A stretch of 63,695 bases of DNA, filler included, from an uncultured bacterium (GTDB lineage Bacteria; Auribacterota; CAZIXI01): NCBI GenBank assembly GCA_964543115.1. It is 3 parts of 3 records of this genome, joined end to end, with 100 filler letters (N's around TTAATTAATTAA, not from the genome) between each part and the next. Parts side by side here need not be neighbours in the genome. Positions count along the whole stretch, not along the records: positions 21,722 to 43,226 come from CAZIXI010000028.1; 2 more parts are not named here. One strand, 5' to 3'. The notes beneath the pieces are model-generated. The model was given only the letters and a program-made list of their open reading frames with translations. It had not been told where the DNA came from and searched no databases. Of the stretch, positions 24,947 through 38,400 are shown in pieces (position 1 is the first letter of the stretch; every line of letters starts with the position of its first letter). Made by a program: the position numbers and the translations under genes.

Positions 24947-25213
24947 AAATGTTGATATATTTTATCATGACAAGCATCCAGCGACAACTTTATTTATCAT
25001 GTTAATAAATGACGCCGTATCACTGTTATGTCAATATAGACCCGATTGGGTGACAATCACAAAAAGTCCGGACTTGCTACATGCTAAACTGTTTTATAAT
25101 GATACATCCAGCGCTATTTCAAACAACCGAAAGGATAAATCAATCTCCAACAAGTAGTTGGCATGAAATATGCTGTTGCTAAATTATGGAATAGTATATA
25201 AGGAGGCTAGATC

Positions 25214-26380
25214 ATGAATAAGCTCATTATATGTTCTTTCATTTTAGCTGGTGTTTTGTTGCTCAACGTTAATCTCCAGGCGGCTACCAGCTGGTATCTG
25301 CCGGAAGGATCCACTGATGGCTTTGATCTCTGGATCCTGGTCACTAATCCCACCAGCAGCACAGCGGAAGTAAAATTCACCTTCTACCGTTCCGGCGCCA
25401 GCACACTTACTCAAACAACAAGCATTGCTGCCAATAGCCGCTATTCCTTAAGCGTAAACAATGTTTCCGATATGGGTAACTATGCCGTATCTACCAAGGT
25501 AGAAAGCACCAATCTCGTGAATATCTATGCTGAACGGGCGATGTATTATCCAAGTGGCCAGACATGGACCTGGGGCCATTCCGCGCGCGGGGTCAGTGGT
25601 CTGGAGGGTTGCTATACGGAAATCGTCCAACCCAGCTCATTTCCTATCGCCATTACCCAGGCCGGTTCCTATAAATTAGTAAGCGATATTAATTGTACCG
25701 ATGAAGATACACATGCCATTACAGTTTCCGCGGACAACGTACATCTGGACCTGAATGGATTCACGATAACCGGCCCCGGCTGCAATAGCGGTTCCGAAGG
25801 CTGCGGTATCTATATGGGCTCGGTTCAGGAGAATTTTACTGTGAGTAACGGATCGATCAGAGACTTCAGGGCCTCAGGCATTGCCACCGCCGCGGACAGT
25901 GAAAACATTCATTTAATGAACCTGAATATCTATAGTAATGGCGTTTATGGCGTTTCCCTCCAGGGTTATTCGGGTATAGTAAAAGATTGCGTCTTTAGTT
26001 CCAATGGAATAAATGAAGATCTAACAACCGGGGGCACAGGATTATTCGTTAATTATTCTACTTTAGTTGTTAATAACGTTTTTGAATACAATAAAGGTTT
26101 CAGTATTGAAATAGCCAGCACGGGTAATTGCATTAAGGATAACATCGTGCATAATACCCAATCTGCCGGCTCCGATTACACAGCCGGTATCCGTGTCAGA
26201 TCCACGGGCTCCGGCAACCGGATTGAGGGTAATACCTGCGCCGCCAACAGCACGAGAGATCTCTACATCCAGGGTGGCTTGAATATTGTCATTAACAACT
26301 CTCTGCGTACCGGCTCAAGCATCGCTGCCACCAATGCAACAACAGTAACCAATCAAGGGAACACAACTCTGGCTCCCTGA
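25214..26380 (+). CDS. Secreted right-handed parallel beta-helix protein (pectin lyase-like/NosD fold) with N-terminal DUF5719-like module
   Basis: AGGAGG RBS, signal peptide, WYLPEGSTDGFDLWILVTNP module, LDLNGFTITG, Asn/Gly-rich PbH1 repeats. Confidence 0.78.
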   Translation: MNKLIICSFILAGVLLLNVNLQAATSWYLPEGSTDGFDLWILVTNPTSSTAEVKFTFYRSGASTLTQTTSIAANSRYSLSVNNVSDMGNYAVSTKVESTNLVNIYAERAMYYPSGQTWTWGHSARGVSGLEGCYTEIVQPSSFPIAITQAGSYKLVSDINCTDEDTHAITVSADNVHLDLNGFTITGPGCNSGSEGCGIYMGSVQENFTVSNGSIRDFRASGIATAADSENIHLMNLNIYSNGVYGVSLQGYSGIVKDCVFSSNGINEDLTTGGTGLFVNYSTLVVNNVFEYNKGFSIEIASTGNCIKDNIVHNTQSAGSDYTAGIRVRSTGSGNRIEGNTCAANSTRDLYIQGGLNIVINNSLRTGSSIAATNATTVTNQGNTTLAP

Positions 26381-26401
26381 GAAACAAAAAAACAGTTGTT
26401 A

Positions 26402-29400
26402 TTAGGCCGCTACATCTATGAGCAGGCGTCTTAGCTGGAATTGCCGGAGAACCTCGGAAATGCGGGTCAGGCCAACGGTAAAGAAAACTATTCCCTGCGC
26501 CAGGTCCATATCCGCAAGTATCTTTTCTACAACCGCGCGGTCCATACCAAAATCCACCAGCATACGAACCACATCCTTTATCTCATCCAGATTATCTTTA
26601 TCGGCCCGGGCATACATAACCCCGAATAAAAATACCGCGTGAAAGGCGGAGCCTTCTTCCATGCGAAAGGCCTTAACATCTTCGGAAAAGCTATCCCCCT
26701 CACGGGCAACAAAGGTAAAATTACTGAATCCCTGCCGCTCTAACTCCTGCTGTGCTTCACCCGTGTCTTCCGGCAATAACTCAACCCGGCCTTTCAATTC
26801 CGACAATTGCTCAATTATCCTTCGCACTCTATCCATTTCCGTTGCCGGCACCCGCAATCCTAGTTTCACCTTCTCCCCATTCTTGATACTGCTCAATACC
26901 GCCATCAATCCCGGCGGGTAGTTTGCCGCCCCTTCTTCCTGAAAAATCTCCAGCGGAAATTGATCCAGATGAAGCACCACCATTGCCGGCTCTGCTTTTT
27001 CCCGCACCGCTACTGGAACAAACTCCAGTAATTCTTGTGTGTCTTCCCAGAGACTGTTATAGGCTCCCAGCAAATCCGCCCGGCGGGATAATTCTGTTCC
27101 CGGAATTGATTTTCCCTGTGTAACAGTAACCTTTTCAATCCCGTAATCCTGCCCAAAGGCCTTGGCAATCTTTCCCTCACTCATTCCGGTTAAACGGGCA
27201 ATCTCCTGTATCAACGTAAAATAGCCTTCATCTATCTGGCCCGGATCAAGGTCTGGATCCATGGTAAGAATATTCATCCCATCCTTAAACAGATCAAAAG
27301 TTCCCCATATTTCTTCAGAAGGAATCCCCTTCTGGGCAGCAATTTTAGCCACCGCTTCCCGTAGAGATCTTTCCCTCATAACCAACATCTTCCACTGCGA
27401 CTCCGCCTTAATTGCCCCAAGTATTTCTTCCTCTATCTTGGCAACCAGAAGTCCGCGGGAAACCTGTGATCCAGCCGGAGTGATATTGTTAACAAACCTG
27501 GCAATCCTGGCTATTAGCTGAAATTTGACTTCCTGACTTAAATTACTCGCCAGGATAACATTCACATCCACTCTCAATTCTTCTTCAGTTACTTCCCGGC
27601 CTTCCCTGATCATTTCTGTTAATTCAATAATCTTATCTCTCACCGGCCCGATTTTTTCCTGGTCAATTTCCACAATACTTTCAAGATCCCTCAGCAGCTG
27701 TTCAGCCTTGATTACCGCGGTTAAATCCTTGTCCTTTTTACCAAATAGCTGCCGCTGTAGAGCGCGCAGGAGATAATGCGGACTGTCGATTCCTTTTCCG
27801 GCAATAGCCAGGGCCTCTTCCTTCAATTCGATGGGTTCCATTTCCCGACCGTTTACTGTAACAACTAATTTACTTCCATCTTTCACCCTCAACTGCAACA
27901 TACCTGCATCAATAAGATATTCCATCACTTCATGTAACAGTGCAAGCGGATTCTTTGCCAGTGATTGTTGGAGGGCAATCAGGCTATCGCCCGGCCGGGC
28001 AAAACCGAAGAGATCTTCAATAAGCTCGCTAAAAGTGAACACCGAGGCGTTTGTTCTCCCAAAAGCAGAGAATATTGCTGCAATGACTGTTGCGTCACCA
28101 GGCTCAAGCAGTTGGTCTTTTACAGCTAGTGCTTCAGCGTCAAAATCAACTGTACTTTTAGCCAGTGGAATTACCTCTTTTCTTCCCTTCACTTTGAAGC
28201 CCGCCACCTGCCCCTGATCATTATAAACTATCTCTTTCACCTCCACCTTTTTACCGATTTGCGGTGCAGGACTGGCAGGTTTCGCCGCCTGTTCCTCAGG
28301 CATAACTTCAACTTCTTCTACTGCCGCTTTTGTTAATCCATACCGTTTTTCGATTTCTGTTTCCCTTATATTACTTTCCGGCATCACTAATAAAGTAAAT
28401 TCTTCAAGGTCTGCCTGCATCACAGTCTCCGGATAACGGAAGAGGCCGGCAGTAATTTGTCCCGGCGCGGAATGCCCGTAAAAATCAGAATAATCGAATG
28501 ACGAACGGCCGGCAATAAATTCAAAAGTAAAATCCTTCTCCTTAACCTGAGCGAATCCGGGCAAATGTGCCGGGCGGTAAGCACCGACCATTACCGGCAG
28601 GCCGGTGCGCTGCGATAAGATATCAAGAATCGCATATAGTTTTTCCAGCTCTTCCACACCAAACTGCGTGCTTTCTTCCACAAAAATAACCGGCTGCTTA
28701 TTCCCCCGCTCATCTGTTACAATGCGCAACCGCACCATTCTCCTGGTCACTACTCTCCCCTCCTCATCCAATAGAGCCACCGCCTTATTTGTTCCGTTAA
28801 CCAGATACCCGGCCAGCCCCCGGTTCAAATTATTGCCATAGGTACAACTCTGACAGGCGGTAGAGCCAGCATAATTACCAATATTAAACAGCGTATAAAA
28901 ATCATCGGTAAATTCCGCCCTCCGGCCATCCTCAGTTTCATAACTTAGCATTTCCTCCCAGCTTTTTACCTTGGTAATATAGGCCTTTAATTCCGCATAA
29001 CCTTCTATTTGCTGCAATTTTTCATACAGAGTCTCCCCCTCTGCCTCGGCCAGGAGTTCCCGCAAGCTTTTCCTCTCTTCCCGCGGAAGCTTCTCTATCT
29101 CAATCTCAATAATTTCAGTCAGCGTATCCTGATAATCAGCACTCTGGTATTTCCAGCCCTTGAACCGGCCCTCAACTTCAGCGATCAGGGCATTCAAAAT
29201 ATTTCTATATACCTCTTCGTCATTTATCGTGCTTAAATAGATATCGATCAGCTTGTAGATACCCCGCCCTTCATGATCTGTCCACTGCGCGCTGGGATTA
29301 TCCCGGCGATAACGCACAAGTTTCGCCAGCAGCTCCTCTTCGTTTTCAACCTCAATAACCATCTTGAACCTGGCCAGCAGAATATCCGCTTCCAAATTGG

Positions 29401-32400
29401 CCAGGATTGTCTGCAATTGATGTAGTGCCCCTCCCCTGATTTTTCCCTCCAGCAATACCCCGTCAAGAACCGTTTGTCCAAGACCTTTTATCCTCTCATT
29501 GAGATCAGCAGTAAACTTACCGGCTTCTGCCTTCTGCAGGGCATTAATAATATCCATAAACTGTTCAAGATGGAGCATTAATCTTCCATGGAATTCTGCC
29601 GCATTTTCTTCCGCCGGCGCGCCATACTTGTCTTCAACCAGCCTGACCAGCGCGCTAAAAAGCTCACCCTTCTGCTCGTACTCGAGACCAGAAAAAGCAA
29701 TGAGCTTTTCATATAAACGGTTTTTCAACACAGCCAATTGATTTTGCAGATCCTCGTTTGCATTCAGCGCGGCAATTAAAGCCCTAAGCAGATCAAGTGC
29801 CTGCCTCTCCGGCCCGATTTTCAGTAACGGTTCATAAAATACATGTGGAAGCTGTACCTGTTTCTCAGGAAGCGCAATCTGTTGGTAAAGTTCTCTCAGC
29901 TGTGCTGAAATTTCCGGGACCGCCTCCGGCAGCTTCCTTTCCCGGTAGAGTGTTCTGAAGGCCGTATACGCCGCCTGTTTCTGCACCTTACCGGCTAACG
30001 TTGTGATTGAATCAATAAAACTAAACAGCAAACTGTTTGATTCGATCGCCCAGAAATTATCCGCCAGGAATGCCGTTAATTTTGGCATCATTAGCGGATT
30101 TTTGTCTCTCTTGCCTGTGCTGGCAATCCCGCCTGTTTCCCGGAGTTGTTTCAATCGTCTAAGTAGCAACTTATTATTGGTATTATCAGTATACCTGCCG
30201 CAAATTAACCTCAAATATATTCTGGTTTTACTTGCTGCCGGCTGATTGCGGAATTGCGCCGATAACTCTTCCCTCAGCACCTCTTTCTCATCTTCATCTT
30301 TCCAGGAATCCAGGGACTCCCAGGCATCCACCAGCAGATCCTCTCTGGCCTCCTGAGATAGGCTATCGAGCTTCAGCCGCAGCACAGCAATTGCATACAG
30401 GTCGCGCTCCCCGGCAAGAGCGGCTAACTGATAAAATTTCCCCTTGGCATCAATTAATCTAAGTATGCCTATCAATTCTTCCATCGTCGTCAGTTTTTTC
30501 GCTATTTTTTCCAGTTGTCTTATCCGGTTCTGGAGCACGAAGAGATTAGACAATATCCACTCCATTCTCCGTAAGACAAAATCAGCGTTCTCCTGTCCTT
30601 CGACTTTCCTCTTTATGTTTGCCTTTACCTCATCAAGCGCCTCTTTTGGATCTTCAACCACCGTTCTGATCAACATTTTAACATCATCGATACTCAGATA
30701 TTGCAGCAGTTCTATTAAATGGATAAGTTCGATCCGGTACTGGTCCGGATCGTTACGGAAGTAGGCATCAAAAACCCCTTGGACTTCAGCCAGACTTTCT
30801 AAAGCAAACAAATAGTCAAACAAACTTGTCTTTTCGTCTTCCCCCACCCTTCTTTCCGCCGGGTGCAATGTTCGTTCGCGGTTAAGGCTATAAGAAAGCT
30901 CATTCATTTTTCTGCGGAAATCATCATTCAGCAGCCGCTCGTATTGCCCCCGTTGTTTCAAGTGGCGAGCCAATTTAATATTTATTTTACATGTTCGGGC
31001 CATCCAGCCCGCCGGCATTTTCATGAAAGTTTTTCGGATTCTTTCCTTTATCTCGTAGATTGTCTCCTGTGACTGAAACAGCTGCCAGAGAAAAAGCCGG
31101 GCAGCCCGATGTACTTTCTCGTCGCCGGACAAACTGAGCTTTACCAGCGCCCCGCTAAGGGCGTTTTTATAATCAGCGCTAGCAGCCTGTTCATAATCAT
31201 TTTGAAAATCTCCGGCTAAATTTTCCAATAACTCTAAGGCACCATACACGCTGTGTTCGCTTCCGGTGGTTAATGCACGGACAATTTCCGCCTTATTTTC
31301 AGTATCCGCCATCCCGGAACTAAATAAAGCCGCTAACGTTTCGCCAGCAGTATGCACTCCTTTCTTTAAAAAGGCATCTTTTAAAGCAGCAATAATTTTA
31401 TTTCTGTCTTCGGCAGTAATTTGTGGAGAATTGAAAAGGGCCTGCAGGTTTTTTTCCGCGTCTGTGTTACGATCACAGACAAGTACGCCTAAGACATTGA
31501 TTATTGCCTTTCTATAGGCCGCGTCAGCAGTTAAGGTAAAATCACTCATCATCTTTACCCGGAACCGATCCAGAAACGAAACCGCGGGAGCCTGATAGCG
31601 CGAAGGAATATTTGCCAGCACAGTTATGATCCGCATTTTGTCTTCGGTGGATGTTTCCGGAGAATTAAATGTATCTTCCAGAAACTCTTCCGCGTCAGGG
31701 TCATCATAACAGACAAGCGCTACCAAGGCGGCGCCTGCAGCCCGACGATAATCGGAATCAGCGGTTGAGGCAAATTCAGTCTTTATTGTCTCAACAAAAC
31801 CAGCTAACATCTGCGCCGCTTCCTCAGCTTCGGAATAATCCTCTTGCCAGGAAAGCTGCGTCAAGATATTCAGGATCGATTTTTTATACTCCAGATCCGT
31901 AGTTGCCATAAAATCACTCTTCAATTTCGCTCCCATAATCACTAAAGGAAAAACAGCATCCCGCGAACCAAAAGGTAAAATAACATCAACATAAAAATTT
32001 AATATTGCCGCCTTGGATCCTGCTTCTTCGGCATTCATAAAATCAATCTTCATTTGTTCCCGGATCCCCAACAAGGTATCTCCCGAAAAAAGAACTATAC
32101 CACTCTGTTTTTCATAAAAACCCCTGAGACTATTAAGGATATTTATTTTATCAGCTACCGTCGCCTGGGGAGAGCCATACAATGACACCACTAGTTCAAT
32201 CGCGTTCTTAAGATCACCGGTGTCATCTTTAGCCAATAGCATGGTTACTATATTTAACCTGTCTTCCTGAGTTGCCTGAGGAGAGTTAAACAGGTCCTCA
32301 AAAACATTCAAACCAACAGAGCTCGCATTTCCCAGCACTTTAATAATCATTTCTTTTTCTTTCTTGGTTGCCTGCGGCGAAATGAAAAACGCTTCCAACA

Positions 32401-35400
32401 TTTTCGCCGCGGACTTTTGCCCTGTGCCAACAAAAGCCCCCAGCTCGTCAACTATTCGTTTTCTACTTTCTTCACCGCTCTCTCCCGAATGGTACAAAGA
32501 TTCTAAGGCCCGGTCAGCTTTCTCATCTAACGGTGCCGGGAAGACAAACGAGTTATTCCTCCAACGGGCTTGAAAAAGCGTTTCGAAATAAGAAATCATC
32601 TTAGTTTTTTCTACCGCCGTAGCCAGCGGATATATTGCTTCCAGGGCTACCATCGCCTCTTTGCTGCCTTCACAGGCAAATCGCAGTAGGATAAGGATTA
32701 TCGTTTGCTTGTAATCATTATAACCGGAATCGGCAAAATCTGTCGGCATTGTACCAATCAATCCCTCGGCCAGGCTTCTGATAGATACACGACGAAAATT
32801 GCCACTTCTCCCTAAAAGTACATATATTGCCATAACAATATTATTTTTGTATTTTGAATCGGAAGTTGTCTTAAAATCATTTTCCATTTCTTCCAGCAGA
32901 TTTGCTAAGGACGCAAAACAATCATCACTTCCCTGTTCCTCAAGCTGAATCCTTAGTGCTTTGATAATATCAGACCTGTCTTTTCCCGTAACTTGAGGAG
33001 AAGAAAATAAGATTTCCAGCTCTCTCGCCGCGCCTGGTTCGCCTCGGGAAAGAGCGCTTTTTAAATCAGCTATCTTTTCTCCAATCGACAGGGAGACTTC
33101 CGGCTTTTCTTCAGCAACCACAGGCTCAGCCGCTGCTGTCTTTTCCGGTGCCATGATATTGGCAACAATATGCACTACCAGCGGCAGAACTAGACCAATC
33201 CAGGCATTCAAACTGAGGGCAATGATTATAATAGCGGCGTTAATAACGCCCACCGTACTTGCCAGCTTATTCTCCCGCCAATCCGGATGGGCCGTGATAA
33301 AGCCCCAAGTGAGCGGCAGGTAGAGTAGCGCCAGCAGCACTACTCCTATCCAGCTATTAACGGCCAGGGCGGCCAGACCGAAAAAGGCAATACTAAACCC
33401 TATCCCGGTCAGCATTCTGCGCAATCTGCTTTTAGCAAAGATATTCTCATACCATTTGGGCATCAGTCCTTTCATAAAAACCGCCGCCGGTGAGTAACGA
33501 TAAAGTATTTCTTCCAGAATAGGACCAAGCCCGTATTTATACCCGGTGGCCTGCCCAAAACTAAACTTTTCCTGCAAAGAGGGAATCAAGGCCGCCTGCT
33601 TTTGCCTTGCGGCCAGCCCCACCATCGGTGCCATGTCGCCGGTGGGCAGCAGGCCCCGGTCAACCAGCCCGCGGCCCAGGCGGCTGACTACACTGATCAA
33701 TTGCTCCGGTTTCGGCAGTGCCGGCAAAACCAGATAACGGTGATAGTTTTCTACCTCCCTGGTACCTACACCGACAAAAACGATATTAATATTGCATTCC
33801 CGTTCCAGGGCCAGGGCCATGCGCCGCAGTTTCTGAAAGTGTTCTTTACTATCACCGCTGGTTTCATCACCGTCAGTAAACACGATCTCCAGCCGGTTTT
33901 CCTGCGGTACATCCCGTTTAGCCTTCCATTTTTCGCGCAATCCGGCAATCAGGTTTACCGTATTAATTCCTTGATGGTCATCGTGCGCTTCCAGCCAGGC
34001 TTTATCATCGCTAAAAACCGTTTCATTTAATTTCCCTTCGCTATGGCGGTTACTGAGAGGAATACTGTCATGAAACTCCTCCCCGATGGCACTTAAGCCG
34101 TAGGCCACGCCTTCCCGGTGCTGGTTGGCCGCCTGATAGAGCATACTGAGGAAGAATTTACTCATCTGGGTAAAACCGCTGACTAGTTCGGGCCGGGTGG
34201 TAATACTGCCGCTGACATCCACCGTGATATCCATGGCCAATTCCGGCCGGGAATCATCAAACACAGTTTTCTTAAACACCCGTAGGGCGCCGTAAAGCCA
34301 ACGCCGGATATCGATCTTGCGTCCGCTGCGGGAATGCACCTCCTCCCGTTCCGGCTCGATAAAGAACGGCTCTAAAAACTGATGGGCATAGCGGGCATAC
34401 TTCCTTACATATTCTTCCACCCAGCCGCCCCGCACCACACTTACCGTTCCCTTCCCTGTTCCGGTACCCATCCCGGTATCGGTTAGAGTACCGGGTCCTT
34501 CCAAATCTTCTTCAATTTCCGGCACTTCCTCCTTTTCTGTTACCCCCTCTCCACTGACCTCTATCTCCTGCTCGACTTTTTCCTGTTCCTCTTCCGACAG
34601 GTCTCCCATATCCACATCCGGCGACTGTAACACCTCGCCCTCAGCAAACTCACTGATCAGATCACCTTCTACCCCAGGCCCCGGTTGACGGGGATATTTG
34701 CCGGCTTTCGCGCTGTCCAGATAAAAATCTCCCTGAAAACTTTTTTCATAGGCATCGCGGTACATTTTTTTCGCTATCCGCCTGAGATCTTTATCGCTTA
34801 AGCTAAGCACAACTTTAACATATTCCTTTATGCTATTGGGGTCAAAATCATCGGTTATTTCCAACAATGCCTGCAGCTCCTCATCTCCCGGGTTCTCTTC
34901 TTTCAATACCCGCAGGATACCGTTAATCACGCCTTTGGCCGCCTGGCAATAGGCGGAATCTTTATCGCGCAGATATAATTGCTGGAGCAGATCTTTTTCC
35001 AGATATTTATCTGGATTCGCCGCGAAAATTAACGGAAAAAGCAATGGGAACAATTCCAGATTAGGATGTTTTTTCTGCTCGAATCGCAGCCGCAAATCAC
35101 TGACCAAGTGGCCCAATTCATGAAATCCCACCCAATCATATAACTCAGTTATACCCACATCAGCCGCGATCCGGCTGCTACTGCCGTAAATAACCGCGTA
35201 ATAGCCCTCTTCATCACTGTGCCCCTTAAACACCCCCGCCGCCCTTTCATCCTCACCAAACGGATGACCAGGCACCGCATAGGCATGCAGGGGTAAGCGG
35301 CTTTCCACTTCTGCCGGGATCTCCAGCTCCTGCATCTTTTCCACACTTATCCGCCGCTGAATCGGTACCGTTCTGACCAGCAAATGACGCTGGCCACTGT

Positions 35401-38400
35401 CTTTCTTTTTGGTCATGAAACTGAACAGGAACCGGGGCACCTCCCGGCGCAGCAGCAATTGCCGGAAGGCCAGCAGTTCGCTTCTTATTTCTTTTAACGA
35501 TATCTTTTCCCGGCCATAGGGGTTAACAACTTTTATTAGGAAATTATGCAGGTCCTGATCAACCACTAGGGCAGTAGCAATTACCTGATAGGCCAGTGAA
35601 CTATGATTGTGTACCCAGCCCCGCGCCCCCACCGCCCCATCACTTAAGGCCAGCATAAAATCGGGAAGGATATTATCGAGGAAAAATACGAGTTTATCTT
35701 CCGCCTGATGCAGATAAGCCATCCCGGCCACTATATTGTTAATATCATAGCGAAATTTTTGCTGCTCCTTGGTTACCGGCATTATTTTCTTGCCTTCCGT
35801 CTTTTCTTCTCTTTTCAGTTTTTTCCGGTCCACTTTTTTTCGTTGCCGATACGTTACTCCGGCCGGAAGACTTGCTACTTTCACCGGACTGGCCTCCAGC
35901 TCCAGTACCTCTTCCTCAGCAGCCGGCGGTTTCTGCGGCTCTTTCTTCATTTTGCGTTGATGCTGTCCGCGCAATACGGCCCGGGCATCGGCAACATCTA
36001 CCCGTTCTGACTCCAGGTACTGGTGCAGGGCCGGCACCCAGACCTTCACCCCTTTTTCCAATAAAACCCGGGGATACCCTTCCCGGCCGGCAAAGCGATC
36101 TTCTGGATTTCCCGCCAGCACCACCATCACCTCCGGATCAAGTTCTACCTCAAATTCCAATCCCAGGTAATTAATCTTAAATTTCTTCTGGCCATTGAAT
36201 AATGGCCGTAATAGATAAAGGATCTCCGGGCTGACATTCGCCTCATCCAGGAATAATAGCTTACGCCTGCTGTGTGACTGCTTACCTTCCGGCCAGCGGT
36301 ACTCACCGTCAATTTTACCAAGATGACTGAAAAACTCTTTCAACTGAAATTCCAGCTTACGGCCCTGTTCCTGTTCCAACCCGCCGATCACACTGTCCGG
36401 TTCCATGCCCATAAAACAATTAAGGGTAAATACCGGCACCCCCAAAACACTGCCCAGACTACGCACCAGCGTACTCTTGGCGCCACCGGTGGGTCCCATC
36501 AGCATTGTTAAATATGGGTCTCTTACCCGGCCGTCGGCAAATTCCGTGCGCCGCAGCGCCCAAAGAAGTTGTGCGGCAATCTCGTTAATCACTCCTGTAT
36601 ATTCAATAAAATTACCTCCGGGAACCTCTTCCGGCGGCAGGGCATAATTTACCGCGTCACCTTCAATCCCTGTGTTAACACCACCAACAGTTGACAATAA
36701 TCCTAAGCTCAAAACAAGCAGACCATCTCTTTCCTCTATTCTCAGCCCCTGAGAAAGCTCAATCTCCTTTCCGCTGACCTCTTGTTTCCCAACAGAATAA
36801 CTGTTGCCGGGAGTATGGATCCGGTAGCGGCCATCCCTTTCTTCCAGCCAGATACCGTTGGTATACATTACTCCGGGTTCGGCAATAAATTCAACCCAGT
36901 TTCGCTCACCAACAATACGCAATTCTTTCTCAATTCGGCTGATCATCTCCCTGTCGATACCTTCATAAGACAACACTTCCTCTAAGAGCAGGTCCAGATA
37001 TCTGTCCCGGTCATAATTAACATCATCAAATGCCTCACCATACAACCTCATTACCGCTTTTAACACAATGGCCGCTGAATCGATCTCCTCACCGGCAGCC
37101 ATTTTTTCTAACAGAACCAGTTCAGCCAGCTTCCAAATATCTTTCAGGCCGCAGCCGTAACGGTAGGCAAACCTGGCCCGCTCGCGGTTNNNNNNNNNNN
37201 NNNNNNNNGCTGTCGGCCAGACCGGTATCCAGGTACCAGGCCAGTTTTACCGCGCCATAGATCAATTCCTTTTCCTGTTGTGTCAGTCCAGGATAGAACT
37301 TATCCATGTACAGGGCGGCCTCCGGCAATTCCTTGACCGCCGGCACCCCCACCTTCTGAAAGCGGTTAAAAAACGGAGAGGAAAAGTGCCTGCTGCGGGT
37401 AACCGGCGCCTCAACCACGATGTGAACATCTTCCGGCAAAACATAGATTATCCCGTCTATTTCTATCTCTCTTCGTTCATTGCTGAGGAAATCATTCAGA
37501 ATCTCCAGATCCTCATTTCCCAATACATCCAGGGAACCAAGATAAAGCACCCGTTCCGGCCCCTGATATTGCCGGCCTTTTTCCACTAAATACTCTGCCA
37601 GAAACCCCTTGATGGTGGCGGATTCTTCACCCCGGGTCCTGCCCTCCCCATCTAATCCCGCAAACCGCATTCCCCGGCCGCCAACCAGTTCCATACTATT
37701 AGTAAACGGATTACCCCAAAAGGTATGTAATTGCGCTCCCCGGCTGGCACAATAGGCGCGGGCCAGTTGATAAGGATGACCGCCGTCTTCACTGATCAGC
37801 ATTGTATGCGCGCCGGTCCGCATACACATGGCCAGCGCCTTGAAGGCCCCGGCCTGGCTTTCCGCCTGAGGTAAAAAGAAAATATCATTAGCCAGCTTTC
37901 CCACTGCCGGCACTTCGCTAAACCAGTCACTGACAAACTCCTGGAAATCACCAAATACTGCCGGGAACTGCTTCCCCAAAGTGTTAGCCACAACCGCTAC
38001 CGCCCGCTGGAAATCGTCCTGATTACTGAATTGATAAAAATAGTTTAATAACAGCGCTTCATTTAACCGCGCTCCGGACCCTACCATTTGCACAATCCGG
38101 ATCAGTTCCCGCGGACTGACACTGTACTGATAGGTGTAAATATCCTGAAATTCACTGAACTGAAAATCCCGGATTTCCTCCGGCACCTCTCCCTGATAGC
38201 TTTCCTGGAAATCCGGATCGGTAATATATTTCATATACAAATGCAGATCGATAAGCGCCTCTTTCTCTTCTGGATTCAAGGCTTCATCCGCCCCGTAAAA
38301 ATCCAGCAGCTCGCGGTAACTTTCCCGGCTCCAGTCATCCCCGATCCAGATCTTCTTACCCCAGTATTCAATTTCCGCGGGCAAATGTTTCCGGCCCTTG

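Noticed and set aside
24947..25213. Palindromic TGATA-N5-TATCA and a TATAAT box in the divergent intergenic region
   Set aside because: Too short, and the spacing does not fit FNR/CRP or a canonical promoter well enough to call.
37102..37210. Apparent stop/start boundary between the 2029-aa and 3566-aa ORFs
   Set aside because: The frame change falls at a 19-N gap, and the downstream frame is open right up to the gap (NRERARFAYRYGCGLKDIWKLAELVLLEK-M), so they are treated as one gene.
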